From the NCBI GenBank assembly GCA_963823555.1, contig CAWGMA010000003.1, positions 96,001 through 160,000 of the forward strand: DNA of 64,000 nt, given 5' to 3'. The notes beneath the pieces are model-generated. The model was not told where the DNA came from. It was given only the letters and a program-made list of their open reading frames with translations, and searched no databases. This DNA comes from Candidatus Eiseniibacteriota bacterium (GTDB lineage Bacteria; Eisenbacteria; RBG-16-71-46; CAVPCR01). The first letter of the stretch is position 1, and every line of letters begins with the position of its first letter. The translations under genes were made by a program, and so were the position numbers. Shown in pieces: positions 1 to 10,165 of this stretch.

Positions 1-239
1 AGCTGCGCGGCCGCAGGAGAACCAACGCCATCGTGACCCCGCGGCAGATGTGCATGTATCTGATGCGCAAGCACACCGGCATGAGCTTCGGGGATATCGG
101 CCAGGAGCTCGGCGGCCGGGACCATACGACCGTGATGCACGGCTGCGACAAGATCGAGAGCCTGGCCACCACCGACCCGCAGCTCCGGGGCCTGCTTCTC
201 GAGGTCACCCAGGCGCTGGGGGTCTCAGTGGGAGGATAG
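1..239 (+). CDS. dnaA: Chromosomal replication initiator DnaA, C-terminal domain IV (5' partial)
   Basis: Frame open from base 3: LRGRRRTNAIVTPRQMCMYLMRKHTGMSFGDIGQELGGRDHTTVMHGCDKI, matching the DnaA domain IV signature. Confidence 0.93.
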   Translation, partial: LRGRRRTNAIVTPRQMCMYLMRKHTGMSFGDIGQELGGRDHTTVMHGCDKIESLATTDPQLRGLLLEVTQALGVSVGG

Positions 240-363
240 CCGGAAGAGCATTAGGTTACGGGGAGCACCATGGCCTCGCACCTGGACGGCGCGGTCCCCC
301 AGGATCTCCTGGAGGGCCACGCCGTCCTCTGTTTTGCCGGCCCCTGTTCTTCCGCCAGGTCCG

Positions 364-2082
364 TCAGTCCGAGTTGCCGTCCTGCAACTTGAGCTTCTGC
401 CCGGGGTAGATCTTCCCCTTCGAGCTCAGTCCGTTGAGCCGGCGTAGCTCGCCGACGCTCGTCCCGTAGCGCAGGGCGATGTCGTACAGCGTGTCCCCCC
501 GCTGGACGGTGTGGATGCGCGTGTCCGAGCTCCCCTGGCCGCCGCCCGAACCGGCAGTCGCGCCCGAGGAGTTTCCGGCTCCGGTGCTCGCATCGGCCAC
601 CACCTCGCGGCTCGTCCGCACCCTGTCGCGATCGGGGATCACCACCAGTTTCTGCCCGCGCCGGATCCGGCTCGACTTCAGGTTGTTCCAGCGCTTCAGG
701 TCCGTCGTGCCGACCCCGAACTTGTGCGCGATGCCGCCCAGCGTGTCGCCCTTTCGTACCACGTAGGTCATCTGGCGCCGCGGCGTCTTGTCTTCGTGCT
801 GGGCGATCTGGGTGCGGAAGTGATCAGCCGTGCCCGGAGGGAGCTTGAGCGTATAGGTGGGATAGTCCACCGAGAGCACGGGGGTGATCCAGGTCCTGAG
901 CTCCGGGTTGAGCTCCCGTAGGTCGCGCTCCGTCGCCCCGACGCATTCAGCCACCAGCTCGAGGTCCACCACGTAGTCGATCACCACGGTATCTGCCTGG
1001 ATCGGGTTGTCGACGAGCTTGAACCCGTACTTCTCCGGGTGCTTGGCAATGATCGCGGCGGCGTGGATCTGCGGAACGTGGTTCTGGGTCTCGGTATGCG
1101 TGGCTCCGAGCTCGGCCATCTCCATGAAATCGGCGATGCGCGACTTCTGGATATCGCGGTGGATGCCCCCCTCGCCGCGGTTGTAGGCGGCCAGCGCAAA
1201 GTCCCAGTTGTTGAACCAGAGATAGAGGTCCTTGAGGTAGGCCATGGCGGCCCGGGTCGACTTGACCGGATCCCGGCGCTCGTCGACCCACTCGTTGATG
1301 GTGAGGCCATAGTTGCGGCCCGTGGTCGTCATGAACTGCCAGAGGCCGACCGCCCGCGCCCGGGAGTAGGCGTTCACCTTGTAGCCGCTCTCGACGATGG
1401 GGACCACCCACAGCTCCTCGGGGAGCCCTTGCTTGCGGATCTCCTCGAGGATCATGGCCCGGTAGCTGTTCGATCGCTCGAAGGCGTTCTCCAGGTACTC
1501 CCGGCGCTTGCCCTCCTTGAAGAGCGCCAGATACTTGGCCACCAGCGGGTCGTCCGGATCGATGGGCATCTCGTAGGTGGCGCCGTTGGCCAGATGCACC
1601 TCGCCGGCGCGGGCAAGCTCATCCGGTGAGGCATAGAGGTCGCTTGCCGTTTCCACGCCGGCGGTGGCCATTCCGTTGCGCAGATCGGCGATCAGCCCCT
1701 CGTAAGCCGGCCGCATGTAGGCGAACGAGGCGGCATCCTCGCACATGATCGTCTCGGCGGCGCGCAGGAACTCGAACGCCCCGGCGAGCGATTCGCGATA
1801 GCCATCGATGTCCGCGGCGGCCTGCCGCTCGGCGGCCATCGTGAGCGCGGCTTCGGCCGCTGTCAGGTACTCCTCGGCCTTGACCGCCACCGAGGTCGAG
1901 TCCCCGCCTTCGATCGCCCAGGGTCCCCACTCCATCTGCTCCCACCCGGGTGGACCGGTTGGGGATCCCTGCTCCACGGTGGCCTCGGGCTTGGGCCCAC
2001 AGCCCAGCGCGGCGACCACGAAGACAGCGAGCACGGTGAGCCCCAGTCGCTTCGGCTGCCCGGGGATCCCAGGCGCCATCAT
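364..2082 (-). CDS. Lipoprotein lytic murein transglycosylase, SLT domain plus LysM repeats (MltD-like)
   Basis: SLT motifs IVESGY, AVGLWQFM, LAAYNRGEG; LysM repeats YVVRKGDTLGGIA and HTVQRGDTLYDIA; lipobox AALGC after ATG 2082/2079, so start trimmed from 2424. Confidence 0.9.
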   Translation of the reverse strand: MMAPGIPGQPKRLGLTVLAVFVVAALGCGPKPEATVEQGSPTGPPGWEQMEWGPWAIEGGDSTSVAVKAEEYLTAAEAALTMAAERQAAADIDGYRESLAGAFEFLRAAETIMCEDAASFAYMRPAYEGLIADLRNGMATAGVETASDLYASPDELARAGEVHLANGATYEMPIDPDDPLVAKYLALFKEGKRREYLENAFERSNSYRAMILEEIRKQGLPEELWVVPIVESGYKVNAYSRARAVGLWQFMTTTGRNYGLTINEWVDERRDPVKSTRAAMAYLKDLYLWFNNWDFALAAYNRGEGGIHRDIQKSRIADFMEMAELGATHTETQNHVPQIHAAAIIAKHPEKYGFKLVDNPIQADTVVIDYVVDLELVAECVGATERDLRELNPELRTWITPVLSVDYPTYTLKLPPGTADHFRTQIAQHEDKTPRRQMTYVVRKGDTLGGIAHKFGVGTTDLKRWNNLKSSRIRRGQKLVVIPDRDRVRTSREVVADASTGAGNSSGATAGSGGGQGSSDTRIHTVQRGDTLYDIALRYGTSVGELRRLNGLSSKGKIYPGQKLKLQDGNSD

Positions 2083-2484
2083 CGGAGCCCGTCCCTGAGC
2101 CAGTGGTCGCGGATCGACCTCGGGCGCTCCGGCGCACGCGCCGAGCACCATGGCATGTCCTTGCGTCAAGGCTGAACCTCCAAAACCCCGACTCCGGCCC
2201 CTGGAAGCAGGGTGCAGGTCGGGGCCGTAAGCTCCTCGCGTCATTACCTCGGGGCAGGGTATGAGAGCTCCTGCGAAGCCGGGGCGCAGAGCCGCGCCGG
2301 CCATGGTCCCGCTGGACTTATCGGTCATGGAGCATGCGGCCTTCGGGACATCTGGGCGCGGAGGGCGGTCGTCCCGCCCAATCACCGCCAGGAGGGAGGT
2401 CTCGATCTGGGACACTGGATCCATTCCCCCTGCGGCCCAGCCCGGGCCCCTCGATAGCCACTTCCGGCAGAGCGACCTGGGCGT

Positions 2485-3303
2485 CTACCCGCTCGCCACC
2501 TTCGTTTCTCCCTCATCCCGGCGGGCGACCACGAAGTGGCTCGATCCGAACAGGAGCCGGTGCAACGTTGGATGGTGGAGGCAGGACCAGCGCTCGAGCC
2601 TGACCTCCATGGCATGGTGAGCGCGTCTGCCAGCGCCGACGACCCGCCCGCCCAGTGCACGGTCCGCTCCCGGTGGGGGCACCTGGGTGACAGCGTGATA
2701 CCGGATGGCTTCGGGCGGGTCCACACAATTCTCGGCCACGATCCTGAGCCCACCCTGGCGGATGAGGGATCGAGATTGCCCGAGCGTCCAGAAGTGGAGA
2801 TGACCGGCGATGTGATGTTCCGGGCCCGGCCTCTGCCGGCGCCATCCGAGACGGATCACGCGCTTCTCGAGCGGGATCTTCAGCGCCACGTCGCGTCCAG
2901 CAAGCCCGAGGGCGCGCATCGCTCGCGCCGGGTCCGGCAAGTGCTCGAGGATGTCGACCGCGAGCACGAGATCCACGCGCTCGGACCCGGATTCGAGTCG
3001 CTCGATGCCTCCCACCTGGAGCCGAGCTCGAGGGAGGCGTGCCCCCGCCATCGCGACCATGCGCTCCGAAAGGTCGATGCCGTGGAGCACCGCATCGGGA
3101 AAAGCCTTTCCGGCAAGCTCCAGCATCTCGCCGGAGCCGCAGCCGAACTCGAGGATGCTCCGGGGAGTCCGGCTCTCGGTCCGGATCAAGCGCTCCATCT
3201 CGCGCCATTTCCAGCGCGAGGCCTGGCGCTCGTAGTCGAGGATGGTCTCGCTGCGCTCCCGCTCGGCGGCCCATCCCTCATAGAATGCGCTGAGATCGCT
3301 CAC
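2485..3303 (-). CDS. Class I SAM-dependent methyltransferase
   Basis: ILEFGCGSG motif I, GIDLSERMV, VDILEHLPDP. Confidence 0.85.
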   Translation of the reverse strand: MSDLSAFYEGWAAERERSETILDYERQASRWKWREMERLIRTESRTPRSILEFGCGSGEMLELAGKAFPDAVLHGIDLSERMVAMAGARLPRARLQVGGIERLESGSERVDLVLAVDILEHLPDPARAMRALGLAGRDVALKIPLEKRVIRLGWRRQRPGPEHHIAGHLHFWTLGQSRSLIRQGGLRIVAENCVDPPEAIRYHAVTQVPPPGADRALGGRVVGAGRRAHHAMEVRLERWSCLHHPTLHRLLFGSSHFVVARRDEGETKVASG

Positions 3304-3333
3304 GCCGAAATCAGGTGGGCAGCGACCCGCGGG

Positions 3334-3489
3334 CTACTCGTCATCGATGTCGTAGTCATCGTCCTCCTGGTCATCGTACCCCTGCTCATCGGCAAAGGAC
3401 TGGGCGCACTCATCCGAACAGAAGGTCTCTCCGTTCACCACCACGCCCTTTCCCTTGAACTCCTCTCCGCAGTACGCGCATTCCTTCAT
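3334..3489 (-). CDS. Small Cys4 metal-binding protein (TRASH/YHS-like) with acidic tail, 51 aa
   Basis: MKECAYCGEEFKGKGVVVNGETFCSDECAQSF plus D/E-rich tail; GGAG upstream of ATG 3489. Confidence 0.7.
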   Translation of the reverse strand: MKECAYCGEEFKGKGVVVNGETFCSDECAQSFADEQGYDDQEDDDYDIDDE

Positions 3490-3653
3490 TTCGGCTCCCG
3501 GATAGGCTCTTGGCCCAGGGATCGACACCACGGCTACCGCCCCGAGCTGGGGGGTCTCTCCATGAAGACTGCAAGGATAGAGCGGCCGTTCGCCGCCAGG
3601 CAACCGCACCGCCAGCGGATTTTCCTTGATGGGTCCGGCCGACGTCCACCAAC

Positions 3654-3662
3654 TTATCCACA
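3654..3662 (+). promoter_or_regulatory. Perfect DnaA box
   Basis: TTATCCACA in a lower-GC intergenic region, with degenerate GTGTCCACA and GCATTCACA nearby (~3745-3771). Confidence 0.6.
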
Positions 3663-3798
3663 CCTCGCCAGTCATTCTCAAGTCGTTATTCTGATGGGGA
3701 TTAGATAAGACAAGGGGCGTCAAAACAGGGGTTTTTGGGTCGCAGGTGTCCACATTGCCAACGCATTCACAATGCCTGCAGGGGCCGCCTGCGAGCCC

Positions 3799-4710
3799 CT
3801 AGTGCCCTGCCGTCCCGATGTGGCTCTTGAGGAACCCGTGCAGCTTCACAGCGAACGGCTTCATGTGGACGAACTCCGGCGACTCGTATCCGGAGTGGCC
3901 GGCACTCGGAGCCACCCAGAGTTCCCTCTCCCCCGAGAGGGAGTCGTGAACCGCCTGGGCCATGGCCGGTGGGCTGAACTTGTCGCTATCGCCGACCACG
4001 ATGAACGTGGGGACGCGGACCTGGCCCGCCACTCGGATCGGCTCCTTCGCCGCCGGCCAGCGGCTGCCGCGGCCACACGTTTCCATCGCCCCGGAGCGGG
4101 TCAGATTCGCGCAGAACTCGGCCTCGGTCGAGTACACCCCGCGCAGCGCCAGAGCGCGGATGTCGTTGCGCTCGCTGGCGACCGCCAGGGCGACTGCGGC
4201 CGCGGGCCCCGTGGCAAAGATGGCGATGTTCTCGCCATCGAACTCGGGTCGGTTCTTTGCGTACTCGATGGCCCCGGCAAGATCGGTTCGGAACTCTGGA
4301 ATGACGACCTGAGTGGTGTCGATCCCCCATGCCTCGCTCGTGCCGAACCCTCGCCAGTCGAAGGTCAACACATGCCACGGCGTGCCGCGGAAGAAATTGT
4401 AGTAGTGCCAGAGCACCGAGCCCATGTTATCGCTGCCGTCCGTGGGAAGGATGACGATCGGCCCGGGATCACGAAAAGCCCGCCCCTCCTGATCCTGGAA
4501 GGGCATGAACCACGCGTGCAGGAGAATGCCGTCCCGGGTCGACAGGGTCACGTCGTCATAGGCGATCTTGGCCATCTCAGGGGTGCTCGAGTACTTGACC
4601 GTCGGCCGGAGAGCAGCCCCGGGACGTGCCATGCACAGACCGATGACCAGGCAGACGATCGCTCCCTGCACCTGCCCTCGCCGCATTCGATGCGCTCCAA
4701 TGGAACTCAT
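3799..4710 (-). CDS. Secreted alpha/beta-fold hydrolase-like protein
   Basis: Signal peptide; TRDGILLHAWF, VLTFDWRGFGTS, VVGDSDKFSP and AGH motifs. Start uncertain. Confidence 0.8.
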   Translation of the reverse strand: MSSIGAHRMRRGQVQGAIVCLVIGLCMARPGAALRPTVKYSSTPEMAKIAYDDVTLSTRDGILLHAWFMPFQDQEGRAFRDPGPIVILPTDGSDNMGSVLWHYYNFFRGTPWHVLTFDWRGFGTSEAWGIDTTQVVIPEFRTDLAGAIEYAKNRPEFDGENIAIFATGPAAAVALAVASERNDIRALALRGVYSTEAEFCANLTRSGAMETCGRGSRWPAAKEPIRVAGQVRVPTFIVVGDSDKFSPPAMAQAVHDSLSGERELWVAPSAGHSGYESPEFVHMKPFAVKLHGFLKSHIGTAGH

Positions 4711-4743
4711 GTTGATTCCTCGATACCGTGGGCACGCCGCGCA

Positions 4744-6099
4744 CTAGACCGCAGCCACCGGTGTCTCCGGGTCGATGACGTCCATGAATGCGCTCACGGA
4801 GAAGAGCGCCTTTCCCGCTCCTGGCGGGCCGTAGCCGGGTGGGACGCGGCACTCATGCGCGGCATGGGTGTCGCGCCACACCCGCAGCAGCCCGGCGTGA
4901 TACTCGAGCGGCGCTGCGCCCTGGATGCGCCCGAGTTCCGAAAGAGGTTCGGGACACCAGGTCGTGAAGCGCGGGATGATGCCCTGACGCATGAAGTGGT
5001 CGAGCCCCTCGCCCGTCGAGTCCAGTGCGGCGCTGATACTCGTGAACCCGTGCGGCGCGGCCATCTCCACGCCGGCGACGAAGTTCGGGATGATGTGCTC
5101 GGGGCGGAAGATGGTGGCTGCATCCTCGATCCGGCGAATCCACTCGGCACGGCCGATGTAGCGCGCCTTACCGGGACAGATGAGGTCGAATTTCTGCGCA
5201 TCCCATATCTCATAGTTCGGATGGTAGATGCGGACGCCAGCATCCTTGTACCGCTGCACGTCCGCGCGCGGCAAGGCCTGCGTGACCACCTTCGATATCC
5301 AGCGGTGCGGAAGTCGCTTCTCGATGGCCTCGGCATAACGAGCGTAGAAGGGACCCTCGGCCAGGCCGGCGATTTCTCCGGTGATCGCACCCCCGGTGAT
5401 GGTGTACGCCTGCGCCTCGTGATCCAGCTCGGCGATCACCGACATCGCCTCGACCACCTCCTCGACATCCTTCACGGAAACGTACGGGCGGCCGGCGTGC
5501 CGCTGCTGACGGAAGTTCTCGTTGATGTCGCAGAATCGGCACTCCTCGTCCCGGCCGAAGTACTGGCAGAGGCGGAAGACCGTCAGGTAGATGAGATAAC
5601 CCCACTCGATGCAGGGTGCCACTTCGGTGATCGGGCGCCCCGAAGAGAGCACGTTTCGGTAGTAGGCCGGCGCGCAGGGGAACTCGACCCTGCTCAAGGG
5701 CACCCCCTCGAGCGTGAGGATGGGGCCTGGATGTTCCGCCTCCGGTCCAGCCTCGCCCGCGAGCACGACCCGGTAGGGGGACCCTGGGTTGACACGAACG
5801 GAAACGATGGTTCTCCTGAGCTGCCAGCGCCCGCCAAACAGGGCGATCTCCTCGGGGGCGCGCTTGTCCTCGCCCTGGGCCATCTGGGCCAGAGGAATGC
5901 GATCAAAGGAGAAAATGAAATAGGACTTTGGCTTACCAGAGGAAGCCTGCGCCAGGGCGGCCTCGCTGAACGCAACCCCGAGCCGCAGCAGATCCTCCTT
6001 GAGGACCGCCTCGCGCGGCAGGTCTGGAAAGAGGTCGAAGACCCGTTCCAGCTCCCGGCGACCGGCCGGGCTACGGTCAAGCTGAACTCCATGCACCAT
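4744..6099 (-). CDS. Radical SAM protein with CX8CX2C motif
   Basis: CQYFGRDEECRFC, ITGGA, YHPNYEIWD, NFVAGVE. Start approximate. Confidence 0.8.
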   Translation of the reverse strand: MVHGVQLDRSPAGRRELERVFDLFPDLPREAVLKEDLLRLGVAFSEAALAQASSGKPKSYFIFSFDRIPLAQMAQGEDKRAPEEIALFGGRWQLRRTIVSVRVNPGSPYRVVLAGEAGPEAEHPGPILTLEGVPLSRVEFPCAPAYYRNVLSSGRPITEVAPCIEWGYLIYLTVFRLCQYFGRDEECRFCDINENFRQQRHAGRPYVSVKDVEEVVEAMSVIAELDHEAQAYTITGGAITGEIAGLAEGPFYARYAEAIEKRLPHRWISKVVTQALPRADVQRYKDAGVRIYHPNYEIWDAQKFDLICPGKARYIGRAEWIRRIEDAATIFRPEHIIPNFVAGVEMAAPHGFTSISAALDSTGEGLDHFMRQGIIPRFTTWCPEPLSELGRIQGAAPLEYHAGLLRVWRDTHAAHECRVPPGYGPPGAGKALFSVSAFMDVIDPETPVAAV

Positions 6100-6139
6100 G
6101 ACCGGTGAGCGTAGCGCAAGCTTCGCCGGGACGCACCCT

Positions 6140-6480
6140 CGCTTGGTCCACGCGGGCGGTGGATAACGCCGTGGATCCGGTTTTTTTCTCCCTCTGGGCG
6201 CTCCGGTCCTCCGGTGGCCGCCGGAGACACTCTGGCCGCTTGAGACCCGCCCCGGAGAAAGCTCGGGATTCGCTGGGGAGGATGGGGCATGACTGCCTCC
6301 TTCGATCGAAACCCCACCTACCCCGCTTCATTCCCCACGACGCCCCCACAGGTCATCCCCACCCCGCAACCGCTCTATCTCGTTGGACCTCAACCCAGAT
6401 GGAGAGCCTGTGCCGGTTTGCACCACCCCTACAGCAACCATCTTTGTATTTCTTCAAGAAGGAAGAAGTAGATGCGCTCG
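6140..6480. other. Candidate replication origin (oriC) upstream of dnaN
   Basis: Non-coding gap with DnaA-box-like 9-mers (GGTGGATAA 6158-6166 = TTATCCACC on the minus strand; TTCCCCACG, GCCCCCACA, ATCCCCACC) followed by AT-rich ATCTTTGTATTTCTTCAAGAA. Confidence 0.55.
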
Positions 6481-6518
6481 CCCCCTTGAAGTGAGCTTCC
6501 AGTCGAAGCTTTCTCAAC

Positions 6519-6548
6519 TTGCCACATCAAGATGCCCTGGGATACAAT
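6519..6548 (+). promoter_or_regulatory. Sigma70-type promoter of dnaN
   Basis: TTGCCA-N18-TACAAT. Confidence 0.55.
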
Positions 6549-6643
6549 CGCTGGCGGCATCCTCATCTGAATAACTCTAAAGAGGATAACGTCTTAGATC
6601 GGCTGAAACGCGTGGCGCCGGCCGCCCGCGAGCGGGGAATCGC

Positions 6644-7756
6644 ATGAAATTCACGATGCCCAAGGAGAGTCTGTCGCGCACGCTGCAGTCGGTGGTTGCG
6701 GCGGTGCCGCCGAAGAGCACGTTACCGATTCTCTCCAACTTCCTCCTCGAAGCGAGCGAGGGCAAGCTCAAGCTGACGTGCACCGATCTGGACGTTTCGG
6801 TGTGCACGGAGACGGCCTCGAACGTAGCACTGAGCGGCAAGGTCACGGTGCCGGCCCGGCGCTTCGCAGAAATCGTGCGTGAGTTGCCTCCGGATGAGGT
6901 CAAGGTCGGGAGTGACGAGCTGAAGCTCACGCTCGACTGCTCGATCGGGCAGTTCACTCTCATGGGGATGGACCCTGAGGAGTTCCCCAAGCTCCCGGAA
7001 ATCGAGGAGGGATCGAAGCTCGCCATCCCGGGGCCGGAGTTCGCCCGTGCCATCCGCTCGACGGTCTACGCGGTTTCCAGTGATGAGACGCGACCTGTCC
7101 TCAATGGGATGCTGCTCGAGTTCAGGGATGGGGCGGTGCGCCTGGTCGCGACCGACGGCCACCGCCTGGCCCGCTTCACGCTGCGCGACCCAGCACTCCG
7201 CGGCGCCAAGAAGGCAGACGTCATCATTCCGCCGAAGACGCTGAATCTCGTGCAGAAGATCGCTGGCGACAGCGGCTCGCCCGTGGAACTGATGCTCGCC
7301 CGCAACTACGCCGTGTTCGTGGTCGGAGAGACGACGATCTATTCGCGGTTGCTGGAGGGACCTTTCCCCAATTACGAGCAGGTGATCCCGCGCGACAATC
7401 CGAAGCGAGTGACGGTCAACCGGGGCTCGCTCATCTCCTCCCTGCGGCGGGTCTCGATCCTCGCCGACTCGCTGACCCATCAGGTGCGGCTCTCGGTAAG
7501 CAAGGACAAGGTCGACCTCAAGGTGCAGACGAACGATGTCGGCGAGGCCAGCGAGACGCTGGCAGGCGACTACACCGGTGAGGACCTCGATGTGGGCTTC
7601 AACGCATCGTACCTGTCCGAGGCTCTCCGTAACATGGAGGGCGAGAGTGTGGTCCTGGCTCTGGACAAACCGACCACGGCGGCGGTGTTGACGCCGGCGG
7701 CCGAGGGTCCGGAGGAGAGCCTGGCGCTGGTCATGCCGCTGCGGCTGAATGATTGA
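6644..7756 (+). CDS. dnaN: DNA polymerase III beta sliding clamp
   Basis: 370 aa; STLPILSNFLL, DETRPVLNG, VATDGHRLA, FPNYEQVIP, C-terminal VMPLRL. Confidence 0.98.
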   Translation: MKFTMPKESLSRTLQSVVAAVPPKSTLPILSNFLLEASEGKLKLTCTDLDVSVCTETASNVALSGKVTVPARRFAEIVRELPPDEVKVGSDELKLTLDCSIGQFTLMGMDPEEFPKLPEIEEGSKLAIPGPEFARAIRSTVYAVSSDETRPVLNGMLLEFRDGAVRLVATDGHRLARFTLRDPALRGAKKADVIIPPKTLNLVQKIAGDSGSPVELMLARNYAVFVVGETTIYSRLLEGPFPNYEQVIPRDNPKRVTVNRGSLISSLRRVSILADSLTHQVRLSVSKDKVDLKVQTNDVGEASETLAGDYTGEDLDVGFNASYLSEALRNMEGESVVLALDKPTTAAVLTPAAEGPEESLALVMPLRLND

Positions 7757-7770
7757 GGGAAGGCCGACCG

Positions 7771-8130
7771 ATGATGCCGGCGCGTGGAGATCGGTGGCGC
7801 TGCCAGAAGCTCGAGCCCCTTGGAGGCACCGTTCTCGCTGCTCTCCCGGAAGCGGTGCGGCGGAACCTGGTGGGTTGGCGCGGGGTGGTCGGGTGGGCGG
7901 AGGCCGTCGGCCCGGAGGTCGCCCGGCGGAGTCGGGCGGTCGCCTACCACGACGGCCGACTCACGGTGCAGGTGCCCGGATCGGTGTGGATGCACCACCT
8001 CGTGGCGCTCAAGCCGCAGCTCGTGGAGCAAGTCAACCGCGCCACCGGGGCGCGGATCCCGGTCATTCGCGATATCATCTTCGTGGTCGAGCCGTCCCTG
8101 GCAGGGCCCCCTCGAACCCCGCCCTGCTAG
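7771..8130 (+). CDS. DUF721 / DciA family protein
   Basis: WAEAVGPEVARRSRAVAYHDGRLTVQVPGSVWMHHL; conserved position between dnaN and gyrB. Confidence 0.8.
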   Translation: MMPARGDRWRCQKLEPLGGTVLAALPEAVRRNLVGWRGVVGWAEAVGPEVARRSRAVAYHDGRLTVQVPGSVWMHHLVALKPQLVEQVNRATGARIPVIRDIIFVVEPSLAGPPRTPPC

Positions 8131-8174
8131 CGAAGTCGAACAGTGGCCGAGCAAGCCGACCCCAAGGAGCGTGA

Positions 8175-10139
<1,965 letters not shown>

Positions 10140-10165
10140 CCGGGCGCGCGAGCGGTCGTTCCATA

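Noticed and set aside
3772..6108. 778-aa plus-strand ORF
   Set aside because: Antisense shadow of two motif-bearing minus-strand genes; common in high-GC DNA and has no motifs.
6421..6450. DnaA-trio repeats (CCCCTACAGCAACCAT)
   Set aside because: Position fits an unwinding element but the 3-nt periodicity is too degenerate to call.
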